A stretch of 64,000 nucleotides of DNA from Kiritimatiellia bacterium (GTDB lineage: Bacteria > Verrucomicrobiota > Kiritimatiellia > CAIQIC01 > Lenti-01), in NCBI GenBank assembly GCA_050176815.1, contig JBFXHR010000012.1, forward strand, positions 15-64,014. Direction: 5' to 3'. Shown here piece after piece: positions 46,413-56,921 of the stretch (position 1 is its first letter; each line of letters starts with the position of its first letter). The notes below the pieces were generated by a model. That model saw only the letters and a list, made by a program, of their open reading frames with translations, was not told the origin of the DNA and did not search any database. Both the position numbers and the translations under genes were made by a program.

Positions 46413-47344
46413 AAGCTCCGCTTCACCTCGATGATGTCATCCGGCTCCAGCAGGATGTCATCTTCCGGCGTTCGCTCCAGCCGCCGCGCATTCCGGATGG
46501 TCTTGGCGATTTTCCCGCCCCGCTTGACCACCACTTGTCCGCTGGCAAATTCGCTGTAGCCGCCCGCCCCGGCGATGGCCTGCGACACCCGCATCGCGGC
46601 AATCAACTGGAACCGGCCCGGTGCGCGGACTTCGCCCTGGACGAAATAGGAGCGCATCGGCACGACGACGTTCACGGAGATGTTCTGGTAGATGCCTTGC
46701 TCCAGATAGATGCTCCGGATGCTCCGGGCCAGCTCGGACGCCGTCAGTCCGGACGCCATGACCTCGTTGATGAACGGCAGGGACACCCGGCCGTTCTCGT
46801 CGACGACGGCTTCGATGATTTCGGCGTTGGGAATGCCCCGCAAGAAAATCTGCACCGCGTCGCTCGGCTTGAGCACGTAGGCGACTCCGTCGGAAGAAGG
46901 CGGCGCTTCGGAATCCGGAACCGGAATCCCCGCCGGCGGCGGAAGCTCGGCGGGCCGCGGAACGGCAGGCGTTGAAACGCGGGCGGCGGGGGCCGACGGT
47001 GGGGGCGCGGACGGAGGAACGGCCGCGGGCCGTGCGGCCGGAGCGGCCGCCGGGGGGGGCATCACCTTCACCGGGGCGGGGGTGGCGGGCGCGCGCGGCT
47101 CCGCCGGAATCGCCCGCGCGGAAGGGCGCGCCACGGGGGCGGCCGGTTGGGCCATCGGCGTCTGCGGGGCCGTCGCGGCCGCCGCCGTCGGCGCCGGTTT
47201 GAATTCCGCCGCCCGGCTCCGCTGGGCCACCAACTCCGCATAGCGGTCGTAGACCTTCCGGTTCCGCGGCGCCGGCGACATGCAGCCCGCCAGCAGGCCC
47301 GCCGCCAAGACCGCCGTCCATCCCAACTGAATTGCCTTAACCAT
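46406..47344 (-). CDS. Polysaccharide export outer-membrane lipoprotein (Wza-like, SLBB domain)
   Basis: Lipobox LLAGC. Pro/Ala-rich linker, then PES/SLBB-like region (YVLKPSDAVQIFLRG...VVVPMRSYFVQGEVRAPGRFQL...). 312 aa. Start at ATG 47344. Confidence 0.7.
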   Translation of the reverse strand: MVKAIQLGWTAVLAAGLLAGCMSPAPRNRKVYDRYAELVAQRSRAAEFKPAPTAAAATAPQTPMAQPAAPVARPSARAIPAEPRAPATPAPVKVMPPPAAAPAARPAAVPPSAPPPSAPAARVSTPAVPRPAELPPPAGIPVPDSEAPPSSDGVAYVLKPSDAVQIFLRGIPNAEIIEAVVDENGRVSLPFINEVMASGLTASELARSIRSIYLEQGIYQNISVNVVVPMRSYFVQGEVRAPGRFQLIAAMRVSQAIAGAGGYSEFASGQVVVKRGGKIAKTIRNARRLERTPEDDILLEPDDIIEVKRSLW

Positions 47345-47349
47345 CGATT

Positions 47350-49470
47350 TCACGTTTGGGCTTCCGCCGCGTCCTCGTCTTTTTCGTGACGGGTGCTTCC
47401 GTAATATTTCTTGGTCGTGTAGTGGTAGTAGTAGTAGTAGTCGTCGCGCATGATGTTGATGTTGTTGAGCACGGCGCCCATCAGATGCCCGCCGGCGTTT
47501 TCGATCATGCGCTTCGCGCGCAGGGAAATGATCTTCGGATATTTCCGGTATTGCACCACCAGCAGAACGCCGTCGGCCTCGCCGGCCAGGATGGCCGCGT
47601 CCGTCACGCCGAGAATCGGGGGGGAATCCAGCAGGATGTAGTCGAACTTCTCCTTCAGGGTATCCAGGACCGCCCGCAGGCGCGGGCTGTTCATGATGCC
47701 CAGCGATCCCCGGCGCAGGCGCCCGCTGGCCATCATCCACAGGTTCGGCACGCCGGTTTCCTGGATGGCCGCGTCGACCGTCAGCTCGCCGGTCAGCACG
47801 TTGACCAGTCCCGTGCGGTTGGCCAGCCCCACCATCTTGTGCTGCACCGGCCGGCGAAGGTCCGAGTCGATGATCAGCACCTTGCTGCCTTGCTCCGCGC
47901 ACACGTAGGCCAAATTGAACAGCGTGGTGGACTTGCCCTCGCCGACGCCGCCGCTGATCACGGTGAACGACTTCTGCTTGCCTTCGCGCGCCAGCAGCGC
48001 CAAGCTCGTGCGCAGGGCCCGGTAGGCCTCGCCCTGCCCGCTCGACTGTCCCGCTTCGGTCAGCGGACGGGACTGCTGGGGGATCACCGCCAGCACCGGC
48101 AACCCGAGATACTTCTCGACTTCGTCCACCGTCTTGATCGAAACGTCCAGATACTCCACGAAGAACGCCAGCCCGACGCCGGCCAGCAGGCCCAGCACCA
48201 CGCTCAGGAAAATGTTCAGCACCACCAGGGGGCTCGACGGGCGGTCCGCCGGCTCGGCTTCTTCGACGATCTCCACGGTCGTGCGCGGCACTTCCACTTC
48301 GATGCCGGTCTGCGTGATGCGCGCCCGCAGCGCCGTCAGGATGTCCCGCTGGACGGCCACGTTCCGTTCCGCGCGGTCGAACGGCAGGTAGTTTTCCCCT
48401 TCCGATTCGATGTCCAGCGCCTTGATTTTCGCCAGTTCCTCGTCGAGGGCCTCGTACTTCTGAAGAGCCACCTGGTAGTCCGCGCGCAAGCCGGCCTTGA
48501 GCCCGTCCAGCGCCGAATTCAATTGGCGGCGCAATTCCTCCACGGCGCCCTTCAGCCGCAGCACGTCGGGATGGTTTTCCCCGTACACGCCGTTTTTCAG
48601 CATGAGCTGCAGGCTGACTTCGCTGTCGATCAGCTGCTGGCGGATGCCCAGCAAGGTCGCGTCCGTCACGATGTAGGCCGCCGCGTCCATCAGCCGGTCG
48701 CCTTCCAGCCCCTCCAGCTGGTCCAGCCGGGCCTTGCGCACCAGCATTTCCACGCGGGCGGAGCTGCGTTCGCCTTCCAGCATGTTCAGGCGCGTGGCCT
48801 CCACGCGGATGCTCATGCCGCCCCGCCCGATGAGGGAAATGCCCCGCTCCTGGCGGATTTTCTCCAGCTCGGCCTCGGCCTCTTCGACCCGCTCCTGCTG
48901 CTTGCGCACCTGGTTGCTCATCGCGTCGATGGCCCGCTGAATCTCCCGCCGCTTGGCGTTCAGCCGCCGGTCGCGGTACACGTTGGCGATTTCGTTCGCG
49001 ATTTCCGCCGACCGCTTCGGGTCTTCGCTGACCACGCTGACGTTCATCAGCGTCGTGTCCCGGTCCTGCTCCACGCGCAGGCTCCGCGACAGGATTTGCA
49101 GCGCCAGTTCGGGCGTCACGGGCGATTTGTCCTCGTTGAGTTCCACGCCCCAGGTCCGCTGCAGGTTCAGGTTGCGGATCACCTCCATGAGCACGGGGCG
49201 CGACCGCATGATCTTTTCCTGCGTCATCAGGAAGAAGGGATTGTAGCCCATGCGGCTCGACTGGCGCTCGTAGAACGGATCCACGTCCATCGCGTCCTCG
49301 CGCACCTCCAGCTGCGTCGTCGCCGTGAATTTCTTCGGCATCATCAGCGTGTAGGCCGTCCCCGTCACGATGGTCAGCAGCGCCACCGCCAGGATGACCT
49401 CCTTGCGATCGCGGATCACCCGCCAATAGTCGAGAAAATGGAGGGCGCTGCTTTGGGATTCTTCTGCCAT
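47350..49470 (-). CDS. Polysaccharide co-polymerase / tyrosine autokinase (Wzc/EpsB/GumC family)
   Basis: N-terminal Wzz-like TM, periplasmic coiled coil and second TM. C-terminal BY-kinase with Walker A GGVGEGKST, DSDLRRP, and a terminal Tyr cluster DYYYYYHYTTKKYY. Confidence 0.8.
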   Translation of the reverse strand: MAEESQSSALHFLDYWRVIRDRKEVILAVALLTIVTGTAYTLMMPKKFTATTQLEVREDAMDVDPFYERQSSRMGYNPFFLMTQEKIMRSRPVLMEVIRNLNLQRTWGVELNEDKSPVTPELALQILSRSLRVEQDRDTTLMNVSVVSEDPKRSAEIANEIANVYRDRRLNAKRREIQRAIDAMSNQVRKQQERVEEAEAELEKIRQERGISLIGRGGMSIRVEATRLNMLEGERSSARVEMLVRKARLDQLEGLEGDRLMDAAAYIVTDATLLGIRQQLIDSEVSLQLMLKNGVYGENHPDVLRLKGAVEELRRQLNSALDGLKAGLRADYQVALQKYEALDEELAKIKALDIESEGENYLPFDRAERNVAVQRDILTALRARITQTGIEVEVPRTTVEIVEEAEPADRPSSPLVVLNIFLSVVLGLLAGVGLAFFVEYLDVSIKTVDEVEKYLGLPVLAVIPQQSRPLTEAGQSSGQGEAYRALRTSLALLAREGKQKSFTVISGGVGEGKSTTLFNLAYVCAEQGSKVLIIDSDLRRPVQHKMVGLANRTGLVNVLTGELTVDAAIQETGVPNLWMMASGRLRRGSLGIMNSPRLRAVLDTLKEKFDYILLDSPPILGVTDAAILAGEADGVLLVVQYRKYPKIISLRAKRMIENAGGHLMGAVLNNINIMRDDYYYYYHYTTKKYYGSTRHEKDEDAAEAQT

Positions 49471-49583
49471 GGGTTTTCGTCCTGAAATTCCGGCGGGGCC
49501 GTTTCAACCCCGCCGGTTGCGCTTAGCCTCGCCCGGCAGGCAAAAGGCGGCCGTTGCCGGTCGCCTTCCCGCCCGCCGCCGGA

Positions 49584-50771
49584 CTAGAAGAGCTGGATCT
49601 TCCAGCCAACGTCGATCCGGTTGCGCTCGTAGCTTTCGCGGCCCGAGACGTCGCTGTCGAACATGACGTACTGGTAGCCGGCTTCGATCCAGTTGATGCG
49701 GTTCACGCGATAGGTCGCGCGCGCGCTGACCAGATAGGACGTCTCGTCGGCGTCTTCCAGCCCCTCGTCCAGCGCGTAGTCCGCCTCGTAGGCGTTGAAG
49801 GCGAATCCGCTGCTGAGGTAGACGCTCAGCTTCGTCGTGAAGTCGTGGGCGAAGCTCAGGGACAGGTAGGTCCGGTTGGCGCTCAGGTATTCCGCGACGT
49901 CCGATTCGTAGATCGAGTAGGACGCCGCCCCCGTGATCCGGGTGGCCGGGGTCGGCAGGAAGGTCATCGACAGCTCGCCGTAGGGCTGGGCGTTGTCGTC
50001 GTAGTAGTCGTCGTCGTACGTCCGGTTTTCCACGCCGGCGCGCAGGCTGCCGATCAGCTGCGGGCTGAACGTCTGCTCCAGGCCGAGGCCCGCGAACAGC
50101 GTTTCCGCGTCGCGGTTGTGCTCGTCGTCCGCGTCGTTGTAGACCAGCGTCTGGTAGCGGCCGTCGGCCATGACGGTCGTGCGGCTGGCCAGCTGCTGGC
50201 GCAGCGTCAACCCGCCGACCACGCTGTAGTAGTTGTTGTTGTCGTTCTCGTCCTCGTTGTAGGCCAGCATGATGTGGCGGCCCGACACGTCGATGCGCGT
50301 CTCCGGGCGAAGGTTGTAGGACAGCGTTCCGATCGCCGAATTGTAGACGTTGTCGTCTTCCTGGCGGACGATGTAGCCGTCGTCCTGCAGCTCGGGCAAT
50401 TGGCCCGCCCGCAGGGTGTCGTTGAGCGACAGCGACAGGACCGGGCTGAAGGTGTGGATGAAGTTCAAGTCCAGGTCGTGCAACACGTCGGTGTCGTCCG
50501 GCTCGCGGTCCTGGTACCAGAGCAGGGACGGCCGGTAGCGCAGGCCCAGATAGGTCCGTTCCATGTTCAGGTTCGCCAGCACTTCGATTTCCTCGACGAT
50601 GCGCGTGCTGCTGTCGGGATCGTGGTCGCTGTCTTCCTGGTAGACGTTGTCGTCGTAGCCCAGGCGCAGGCGGTTGTTCATGTGGAGGGGCGACGAGGCG
50701 GACGCCGCCATGGCGGGAACCGCCAGCGCGAGCAACAGCCCGGCAACGATGAAAAGACGAATGTGTTTCAT
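49584..50771 (-). CDS. Outer-membrane beta-barrel protein (possibly EPS/PEP-CTERM-locus associated)
   Basis: Signal peptide MKHIRLFIVAGLLLALAVPAMA. Alternating amphipathic strands. C-terminal ...VGWKIQLF ending in Phe. Asp/Asn-rich loops. Confidence 0.5.
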   Translation of the reverse strand: MKHIRLFIVAGLLLALAVPAMAASASSPLHMNNRLRLGYDDNVYQEDSDHDPDSSTRIVEEIEVLANLNMERTYLGLRYRPSLLWYQDREPDDTDVLHDLDLNFIHTFSPVLSLSLNDTLRAGQLPELQDDGYIVRQEDDNVYNSAIGTLSYNLRPETRIDVSGRHIMLAYNEDENDNNNYYSVVGGLTLRQQLASRTTVMADGRYQTLVYNDADDEHNRDAETLFAGLGLEQTFSPQLIGSLRAGVENRTYDDDYYDDNAQPYGELSMTFLPTPATRITGAASYSIYESDVAEYLSANRTYLSLSFAHDFTTKLSVYLSSGFAFNAYEADYALDEGLEDADETSYLVSARATYRVNRINWIEAGYQYVMFDSDVSGRESYERNRIDVGWKIQLF

Positions 50772-50817
50772 GCTTGTTTTCCTCTGTGTGTGGTCGTTCC
50801 TGTCCGTTGCTAAATCG

Positions 50818-51411
50818 TCAATGGGGCGTCGGGGGGATCGGCTGGAACTCGCCGCTGATCATTTCGATCTCGCTGAACACCCGGGTCACCATGTCCAGAT
50901 CCACGGTGTACTGGACGCTGTCCGACGTCGCGAAAGCCACTTCGTAGATCAGCGGGTCGGTCGACTGCATCGTCGCGTCCTGGCCCATCGCTTCCGGCAA
51001 GGCCTCCACCGACTGGACCGTCTCGCTCAGGCGGTCGAGGGAAATGCCCAGTTCCTTCAGCACGTTGATCCACGCCTGCGGATCGTTCGGGTTTTCCACC
51101 TGGTCTTCCTTGCGCAGCGCCTGCACGATCACGCGCGACAAGTCCGCCTTCGTCACCACCGCGTCCAGCTTCCAGCCGTCCTGCGGGCTGATGCCGTTCT
51201 GCATCAGCACGTCGAACATCTGCTGGGCCGACGGGGCGTTGGGCAGAAACCGCACCAGCCCCAGCGCCTTGACCATGATCTCGGCCAGCTGGGCATGCGT
51301 CACCGGCTGGGACGCCTGGGACTTCTTGGACGACTCCTTGCCTCCCTGGGCCAAGGCGACCGGCGCGGCTATCATCAGCCCCATCAATGCGAACGCGAGG
51401 ATTCTCTTCAT
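50818..51411 (-). CDS. Secreted hypothetical protein
   Basis: 197 aa with a cleavable signal peptide (MKRILAFALMGLMIAAPVALAQG). No recognisable domain. Confidence 0.45.
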   Translation of the reverse strand: MKRILAFALMGLMIAAPVALAQGGKESSKKSQASQPVTHAQLAEIMVKALGLVRFLPNAPSAQQMFDVLMQNGISPQDGWKLDAVVTKADLSRVIVQALRKEDQVENPNDPQAWINVLKELGISLDRLSETVQSVEALPEAMGQDATMQSTDPLIYEVAFATSDSVQYTVDLDMVTRVFSEIEMISGEFQPIPPTPH

Positions 51412-51628
51412 GATCTGATCTCCTTGCCCGAAGGCGACGAACTACCGACACCATGGCCCATCCAAAGGACCATTTTTCAACTGGGCGGAATAATGCTTCA
51501 CTTGCCCTCCGGCGTCAACAGAAAATCTCCGGCGAATTGCGGCATCTTTAGGGTTGCCTTTCTCCCCCCGCCGGGGCAAGATGATTTTCCATATTGACGG
51601 TGTCATCAAAGGGAAACGGAGAGCTTCC

Positions 51629-52123
51629 ATGGCCAAACTCATCGGCATGTCCGGCGACTTCAAAGGTCGCGAATACCCCATCGAACAGGGCGAAACCTCC
51701 ATCGGGCGCAAGGCCGACAACGCGATTCTCCTCGACAATCCCACCATTTCCAGCCACCACTGCCTCATCGCGCGCAGCGGCGACAACTGCGTCCTGCGCG
51801 ACTTGGATTCCACCAACGGCACCCGCGTGAACTCGCGCGACGCCAAGGAATCCGCCCTCCGCCACAAGGATTTGATCCAGCTCGGATCCATCGAGTTCCT
51901 GTTCGACGCCCCCGAACTGGCCTCCGCCGGCGCCCGGTACACCGATGCCGACGCCGAAATGGCCACCGGCGCCATGTCCGCCCCCCAGGATTTCGCCAGC
52001 ATCTCGCCCTTCGGCGCCCCGCCCAAGGAACGGCGCGGCACCTGGTATTTCGTCCTCGCCATCACCGGCGCCGTGGCCTTGCTGGCCGTCTTCTTCTTCT
52101 TTTTCCTCCTGTTGAGCGCATAA
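51629..52123 (+). CDS. FHA-domain protein with a C-terminal TM anchor
   Basis: FHA core GR..DNAILLDNPTISSHHCLIARSGDNCVLRDLDSTNGTRVN. C-terminal hydrophobic tail WYFVLAITGAVALLAVFFFFFLLL. Start at MAKLIGM with ggaga upstream. Confidence 0.7.
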   Translation: MAKLIGMSGDFKGREYPIEQGETSIGRKADNAILLDNPTISSHHCLIARSGDNCVLRDLDSTNGTRVNSRDAKESALRHKDLIQLGSIEFLFDAPELASAGARYTDADAEMATGAMSAPQDFASISPFGAPPKERRGTWYFVLAITGAVALLAVFFFFFLLLSA

Positions 52124-52150
52124 CCCCGCGCCCCCTCCGGCCGCTCTCCC

Positions 52151-52864
52151 ATGCATCCGGCCCCCGCCAAAATCCGATGCGCCGGGTTCACGCTCGTGGA
52201 ATTGCTCCTCGCGCTGGTCTTGGGCGCGCTCGTGGCCGCCATCCTGGCCCTCCTCGCGCACGGACTTCTTTTCGCCGGCGAAGCCCAATCCCGGCGGCTC
52301 CAAGGACCCTTCGCCGCCCGCGCCGCCCTCCGCGCCATGTCCCGCGAACTGGCCTGCGCCTTTCCCCCGCCCGTCGCCGATCTCGTCCCCCTGCAGCTGG
52401 CCACCTCCACGGAACCCGGGCAGCCGGACGTCTGGCTCTCCTTCTACGCCCCCGTCCCCGCCGAACCGCGCTCCGCGCGCTTTTACGACGTCGAGCAGGT
52501 GTCCTACGCCGTCCGCGCCGACGGACAAGGCGTCCGCGAACTCCTGCGCGTCTCCGCCCCCTGCTCCGGGCCCCGCACCAATGCCCCCGCCACCAACCTT
52601 CTGCTGCGCGGACGCTTCACCCTGGCCGTCGAAGCCCTCGCCGGCGGCGTCGCCCTCCCGGAATGGCCGCCGCCAATCTCCGGCGACGATAAACCCGGCC
52701 TGCCCACCTCCGTCCGCCTCTCGCTGGCTTTCCCCGGCGAAGACCCCATCCGGACCGAAACCCTCGTCCAAGCCGCCTCCGGCATCCGTTCCCCCATCGA
52801 GCGCGAACCCGCCGGACCCAACGAATCCGGCCCTCCGCCGCCCCCGCCCCATCCCCCGTTGTAA
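52151..52864 (+). CDS. Prepilin-type N-terminal cleavage/methylation domain protein (type II secretion/type IV pseudopilin-like)
   Basis: N-terminus ...AGFTLVELLLALVLGALVAA (class III signal with G/F/T-L-x-E). Pro-rich C-terminus. Confidence 0.65.
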   Translation: MHPAPAKIRCAGFTLVELLLALVLGALVAAILALLAHGLLFAGEAQSRRLQGPFAARAALRAMSRELACAFPPPVADLVPLQLATSTEPGQPDVWLSFYAPVPAEPRSARFYDVEQVSYAVRADGQGVRELLRVSAPCSGPRTNAPATNLLLRGRFTLAVEALAGGVALPEWPPPISGDDKPGLPTSVRLSLAFPGEDPIRTETLVQAASGIRSPIEREPAGPNESGPPPPPPHPPL

Positions 52865-52959
52865 GTTCCGTTGCAAGTTCCGCCGAAAACGCTTGCGGCC
52901 CCCGCGGCCGATGGCGTATCTTCCACGCCCATCGACCACGAGGTCATCCCTCTCCCGGT

Positions 52960-53043
<84 letters not shown>

Positions 53044-53063
53044 TTTCCGAACCGTTCGGCGGC

Positions 53064-55502
53064 TCAGTAGGTGTAGCCGATCGAGAAGCTGAAGCGGCCG
53101 CCGTCGCCCAGCAGGTCGTCCGTGTTGACCGGCCAGGCGTAGTCGAGCTGGATCGGGAACTGCGGGAAATCGAAGCGGATGCCCAGGCCGTAGCCGTCGT
53201 ACAGTTCCCCGTCGCCCACGATGACGTCTTCTTCCTCGCCTTCGGGATAGACGGAACCCTTTTCGTACAGGTCTTCCCACACGATGCCCGCGTCGTAGAA
53301 GAACGCCAGGCGCACCCGTTCCACCAGCGGAATCGTGTATTCGGCCGTCGCCGTCGCCGCGGAACGGCCGCCCAGCGGCTCCTTGTCGTCGTTTTTCGGC
53401 CCGACCTTGCGGTACTTGAACGCGCGCACGTTCCGCGGCCCGCCGAGGAACAGGCGGTCGAAAATCGGCACCCAATCCGAATCGCCGTATTCCTCGACCA
53501 TCGACGTCCAGCCCCGCAGGCACAGCACGTGGTCGAACCACAGCGGGACGTATTGCGCCAGGCGCAGGTTGAACTGGTACGTGTCGGTTTCCCCGCCGAA
53601 CGGCCCGCCCGCCAGCGTGGCCGAGGCCGATCCGCGGAATCCGCGCGTCGCCACGAACGTGCTGTTGCGCGTATCGCGGATCAGCTCCATCGTCCCGTGG
53701 CTTTTCAGGCGCGCGCCGTCCCCCGTCTGGACCCACGCGTTGGTCGTGGCCAACACCCGTTCGCCGTCTTCGTTCTCGACCCACTCCTCGACGCCGGTCT
53801 CCCAAGTCTGCCCCGCCTCGCGGTGGATCCAGTCGCTGGCGTCGTCGTCCACGTCGCGGATTTCGATGTTCTCCAGCCCGTAGATCCAGTTGACGCGGTT
53901 GAAGGCGAAGAACGGCTTGCCCAGCGTGAGCGTTCCGCCCGTGTCCACCTGGTCGTAGTCGCTGCTCAGGTTCTTCACGTCGTGCCGGAACAGGTCCAGC
54001 CCCAGCGAGAGGCGCCGGTTCAGGAACCACGGCTCGATCAGCGACATTTCCATGTCCGTGCGCGATTCGCCGACCGTCGCGCGCAGCTTCAGCTTCTGGC
54101 CGCCGCCGGTCAGGTGCGGCCATCCGAACAGGTCGAAATTGCCCTGCGTCAGCTCCACGAACCCGAGGACGTTGTCCACGCTCGAGAAGCCCGCGCCGAC
54201 CATGAACTGGCCCGTCCGCTGCTCTTCCACGTCGAAGACCACGTTGTACCGGTTGGAAACCGCCGTCGACTCCGGATAGGTGCCGACGTAGGAAAAGTAG
54301 TTCAGGTTGCGCACGCGGTTTTCGCTGGAGCGCACGCGAACCTCGTTGTAGACCTCGCCCGGCGCCACGCCGATCTCGCGGCGGATCACCTTGTCCTTCG
54401 TCTGCGAGTTGCCGCGGATTTCGACGTTCTGGATGTAGGCCAGCGTGCCCTCGGCCACGCGGTAGGCCACCTTCGCCGTCGCCGCGTTCGTGTCCAGCGA
54501 AACGACCGGCTCGACGTCCGTGTGGATGTAGCCGCGCGAGCCGTAGAAATCGCCCACGTTCTGCGCGCCGCGCCGGATGGCTTCCAGGCCCGCCGTCTGG
54601 CCCGACGCCGCCACCACGCCGCGCGCCGCCTCGTTGGTCGGAAACGCCGACATGCCCTCGATCCGCCAGTCGGCCAGCGTGTAGAGCGGACCCTCGACCA
54701 CGTCGAACGCCACGTCGATCTTCTTGCGCCCCACGTAGGCGTAGGTCGGCTCGCCCACCTCGGCGCCGAGATAGCCCTGGTCCATGAACGCCTTGCGGAT
54801 CGCCTCGCGGTCGGCCAGCAGGTTGCCCGGCTCGTAGACGCCGTCGTTGTTCATCCAGCTCAGCCACGACGACTGCTTCTGCGCCATGACCTTGCGCAAA
54901 TCCTTGGCGCGCACGTGGCGGTTGCCCTTGAACGTGATCCGGCGGACGACCGCCCGCCGCCCCTCTTCCACCTGGATGTCCACGTCGGCGAACGCCGGAT
55001 CGTCCGCCACCGGCCGGAAGTTCCACGCCAGTTTCGCCTCGGGGAAAAAGTCCTTGCGGTAGTGGTCGCGGACCTTCTGGGCCTTCTCCCCCAGCACGGC
55101 CGCGTCCGCCCGGTCGCCGGAACCGATTTCCAGCAGCGTGCGGATTTTCTTGTTCCCGAGATACTCCGCCCCCGACACCGACAGATTGCGGATTTTGGGC
55201 CGGCCGGCCACGCGGATCCACAGGATTACCCCGCCGTCCGCCTGCGGCTCCAGCCGCGTTTCCGCGTACGAATAGGCCCCGGACCGCTGCAGGGCGCGGA
55301 CGTCCTCCGACAGCGCCGCGCGGTCCAGCTCCCGGCCCACCTTCGCGCCGATCTGCGCCAGCACCTGCTCGGCGCTGACCGGCACGTCGCCGATGGGCGC
55401 CACGCGGACGTCGCGGACCGTCGCCGCCCCCGCGGAGGCCGCGAAAAACGCCGCCGCCGCTCCCAGAATCCACCGCTTGGCCATGGCCGCCCTCCCGCTC
55501 AT
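53064..55502 (-). CDS. bamA: Outer-membrane protein assembly factor BamA (Omp85/D15)
   Basis: Signal peptide, five POTRA-like repeats, C-terminal 16-strand barrel ending ...[10 protein letters not shown] (aromatic terminal motif). Start [11 protein letters not shown] overlaps the dnaB stop (ATGA). Confidence 0.85.
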   Translation of the reverse strand: MSGRAAMAKRWILGAAAAFFAASAGAATVRDVRVAPIGDVPVSAEQVLAQIGAKVGRELDRAALSEDVRALQRSGAYSYAETRLEPQADGGVILWIRVAGRPKIRNLSVSGAEYLGNKKIRTLLEIGSGDRADAAVLGEKAQKVRDHYRKDFFPEAKLAWNFRPVADDPAFADVDIQVEEGRRAVVRRITFKGNRHVRAKDLRKVMAQKQSSWLSWMNNDGVYEPGNLLADREAIRKAFMDQGYLGAEVGEPTYAYVGRKKIDVAFDVVEGPLYTLADWRIEGMSAFPTNEAARGVVAASGQTAGLEAIRRGAQNVGDFYGSRGYIHTDVEPVVSLDTNAATAKVAYRVAEGTLAYIQNVEIRGNSQTKDKVIRREIGVAPGEVYNEVRVRSSENRVRNLNYFSYVGTYPESTAVSNRYNVVFDVEEQRTGQFMVGAGFSSVDNVLGFVELTQGNFDLFGWPHLTGGGQKLKLRATVGESRTDMEMSLIEPWFLNRRLSLGLDLFRHDVKNLSSDYDQVDTGGTLTLGKPFFAFNRVNWIYGLENIEIRDVDDDASDWIHREAGQTWETGVEEWVENEDGERVLATTNAWVQTGDGARLKSHGTMELIRDTRNSTFVATRGFRGSASATLAGGPFGGETDTYQFNLRLAQYVPLWFDHVLCLRGWTSMVEEYGDSDWVPIFDRLFLGGPRNVRAFKYRKVGPKNDDKEPLGGRSAATATAEYTIPLVERVRLAFFYDAGIVWEDLYEKGSVYPEGEEEDVIVGDGELYDGYGLGIRFDFPQFPIQLDYAWPVNTDDLLGDGGRFSFSIGYTY

Positions 55503-56911
55503 TTCTCTTCCCCGGAATCCATTCCTTCTTTCCGGCTGTCGAACCGGGTGAACCGCCCGTCGAAATCCAGCCGGACCTCGCCCGTCGGCCCGTTGCGGTG
55601 CTTGGCGATGTCCAGGATCGCCAGCCGCAGGTCCTCGTGCTCCTTGTCGTCCTTGTACATGCACGGGCGCCGCAGCAGCATCACCACGTCCGCGTCCTGC
55701 TCGATCGCGCCCGAGTCGCGCAGGTCCGACAGCTTCGGCACCGCGGTCTTTTCGCGCGTTTCCGGCGCGCGGCTCAACTGGCTCAGCACCAGCACCGGCA
55801 CCTTCAGCTCCTTCGCCATGGCCTTCAGCGACTGGGAGATCGCCGCCGTTTCGCGCTGGCGGTTTTCGCCCGCGAACTTCGAAAAATTCATCAGCTGCAG
55901 ATAGTCCACCACGACGAACTGCACGTCGTATTTGCGCTTCAGCCGGCGCGCCCGCGCCCGCAAATCCATCGCCTCCAGGCTCGCCGTGTCGTCCACGAAG
56001 ATCGGCGCGGCGCGCAGCGCGTCCGCCGCCGAAATCAGCTTCCGGTGCTCCGCCTGGCCCACGAGGCCCGACGACAGGCTCTGCGCCGACACTTCCGCGC
56101 GGCAGCAGATCATGCGGCGCACGAGCGATTCCGCCGACATTTCCAGGCTGAAGACCGCCACGGGCCGGGACGGCTGGCCCCGCGCCCCCATCGCCACGTG
56201 CTCCGCGATGTTGAGCGCCAGCGAGGTTTTGCCCATCGACGGCCGCGCCGCCAGCACGATCAAATCCCCCCCCTGCATCCCCAGCAGCATCCGGTCGATG
56301 TCCGCATATCCCGTCGATACGCCCGTGATGCCCTTCTTTTCGGAAATCAGCGTTTCGACTTCCTTCATTTCCGCGTTGACCAGGCTGCCCCAGGTCCGCT
56401 CGGACGCGATCCGCTGTTCGCTGAGCGCGTAGAAGGCTTCCTCGGCGGCGCCGAGCTGCGACTCCGGCTCCACGTCCCCCTTGTAGCAGTTTTCCGTCAC
56501 CCCGCGGGCGGCCTCGATGATGCGCCGCAGCAGGTGGTTTTCGTAGACGCGCTGCACGTAGTATTCGGCGTGCGCCGTGGTCGGCGTCCCGTCGATCAGC
56601 CGCGCCAATTCCTCTTCGCCCCCCACGCCGTCGAGCAGCTGCGTCTCGCGCAGGCGGTCGACCACCGTCACGAAATCGACCGGCTTGCGCTCCGCGTGCA
56701 GCGCCAGCATCGTCTCGTAGAGGCACTGGTGCCGCTGGACGTAGAACGACTCGGGCGAAATCTGCCGCTCGATGCACAGGTCCAGGATGCGGGCCGCGTC
56801 CTGCAGCGCGCAGCCCAGCACGGCCCGCTCGGCGTCTTCGCTGTGCGGCGGGACGCGCTCGCCGGAACGGAGCGCCCGGGCGCCCGGACCCGACTCACCC
56901 GTTCCGGCCAT
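55499..56911 (-). CDS. dnaB: Replicative DNA helicase DnaB
   Basis: N-terminal DnaB domain (HSEDAERAVLGCAL...), Walker A ARPSMGKTSLALNIA, Walker B FVVVDYLQLM, RecA-fold arginine finger region. Confidence 0.9.
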   Translation of the reverse strand: MAGTGESGPGARALRSGERVPPHSEDAERAVLGCALQDAARILDLCIERQISPESFYVQRHQCLYETMLALHAERKPVDFVTVVDRLRETQLLDGVGGEEELARLIDGTPTTAHAEYYVQRVYENHLLRRIIEAARGVTENCYKGDVEPESQLGAAEEAFYALSEQRIASERTWGSLVNAEMKEVETLISEKKGITGVSTGYADIDRMLLGMQGGDLIVLAARPSMGKTSLALNIAEHVAMGARGQPSRPVAVFSLEMSAESLVRRMICCRAEVSAQSLSSGLVGQAEHRKLISAADALRAAPIFVDDTASLEAMDLRARARRLKRKYDVQFVVVDYLQLMNFSKFAGENRQRETAAISQSLKAMAKELKVPVLVLSQLSRAPETREKTAVPKLSDLRDSGAIEQDADVVMLLRRPCMYKDDKEHEDLRLAILDIAKHRNGPTGEVRLDFDGRFTRFDSRKEGMDSGEEK

Positions 56912-56921
56912 GGCCCGCCCC

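Noticed and set aside
46406-49507. 1033-aa minus-strand ORF spanning wza and wzc
   Set aside because: Only its C-terminal 312 aa (the Wza-like lipoprotein) are real. The upstream portion is an out-of-frame read-through of wzc, which is in a different frame (47350..49470).
53064-56777. 1237-aa minus-strand ORF
   Set aside because: BamA extended upstream through dnaB in a non-coding frame. Split into bamA (to 55502) and dnaB (55499..56911).
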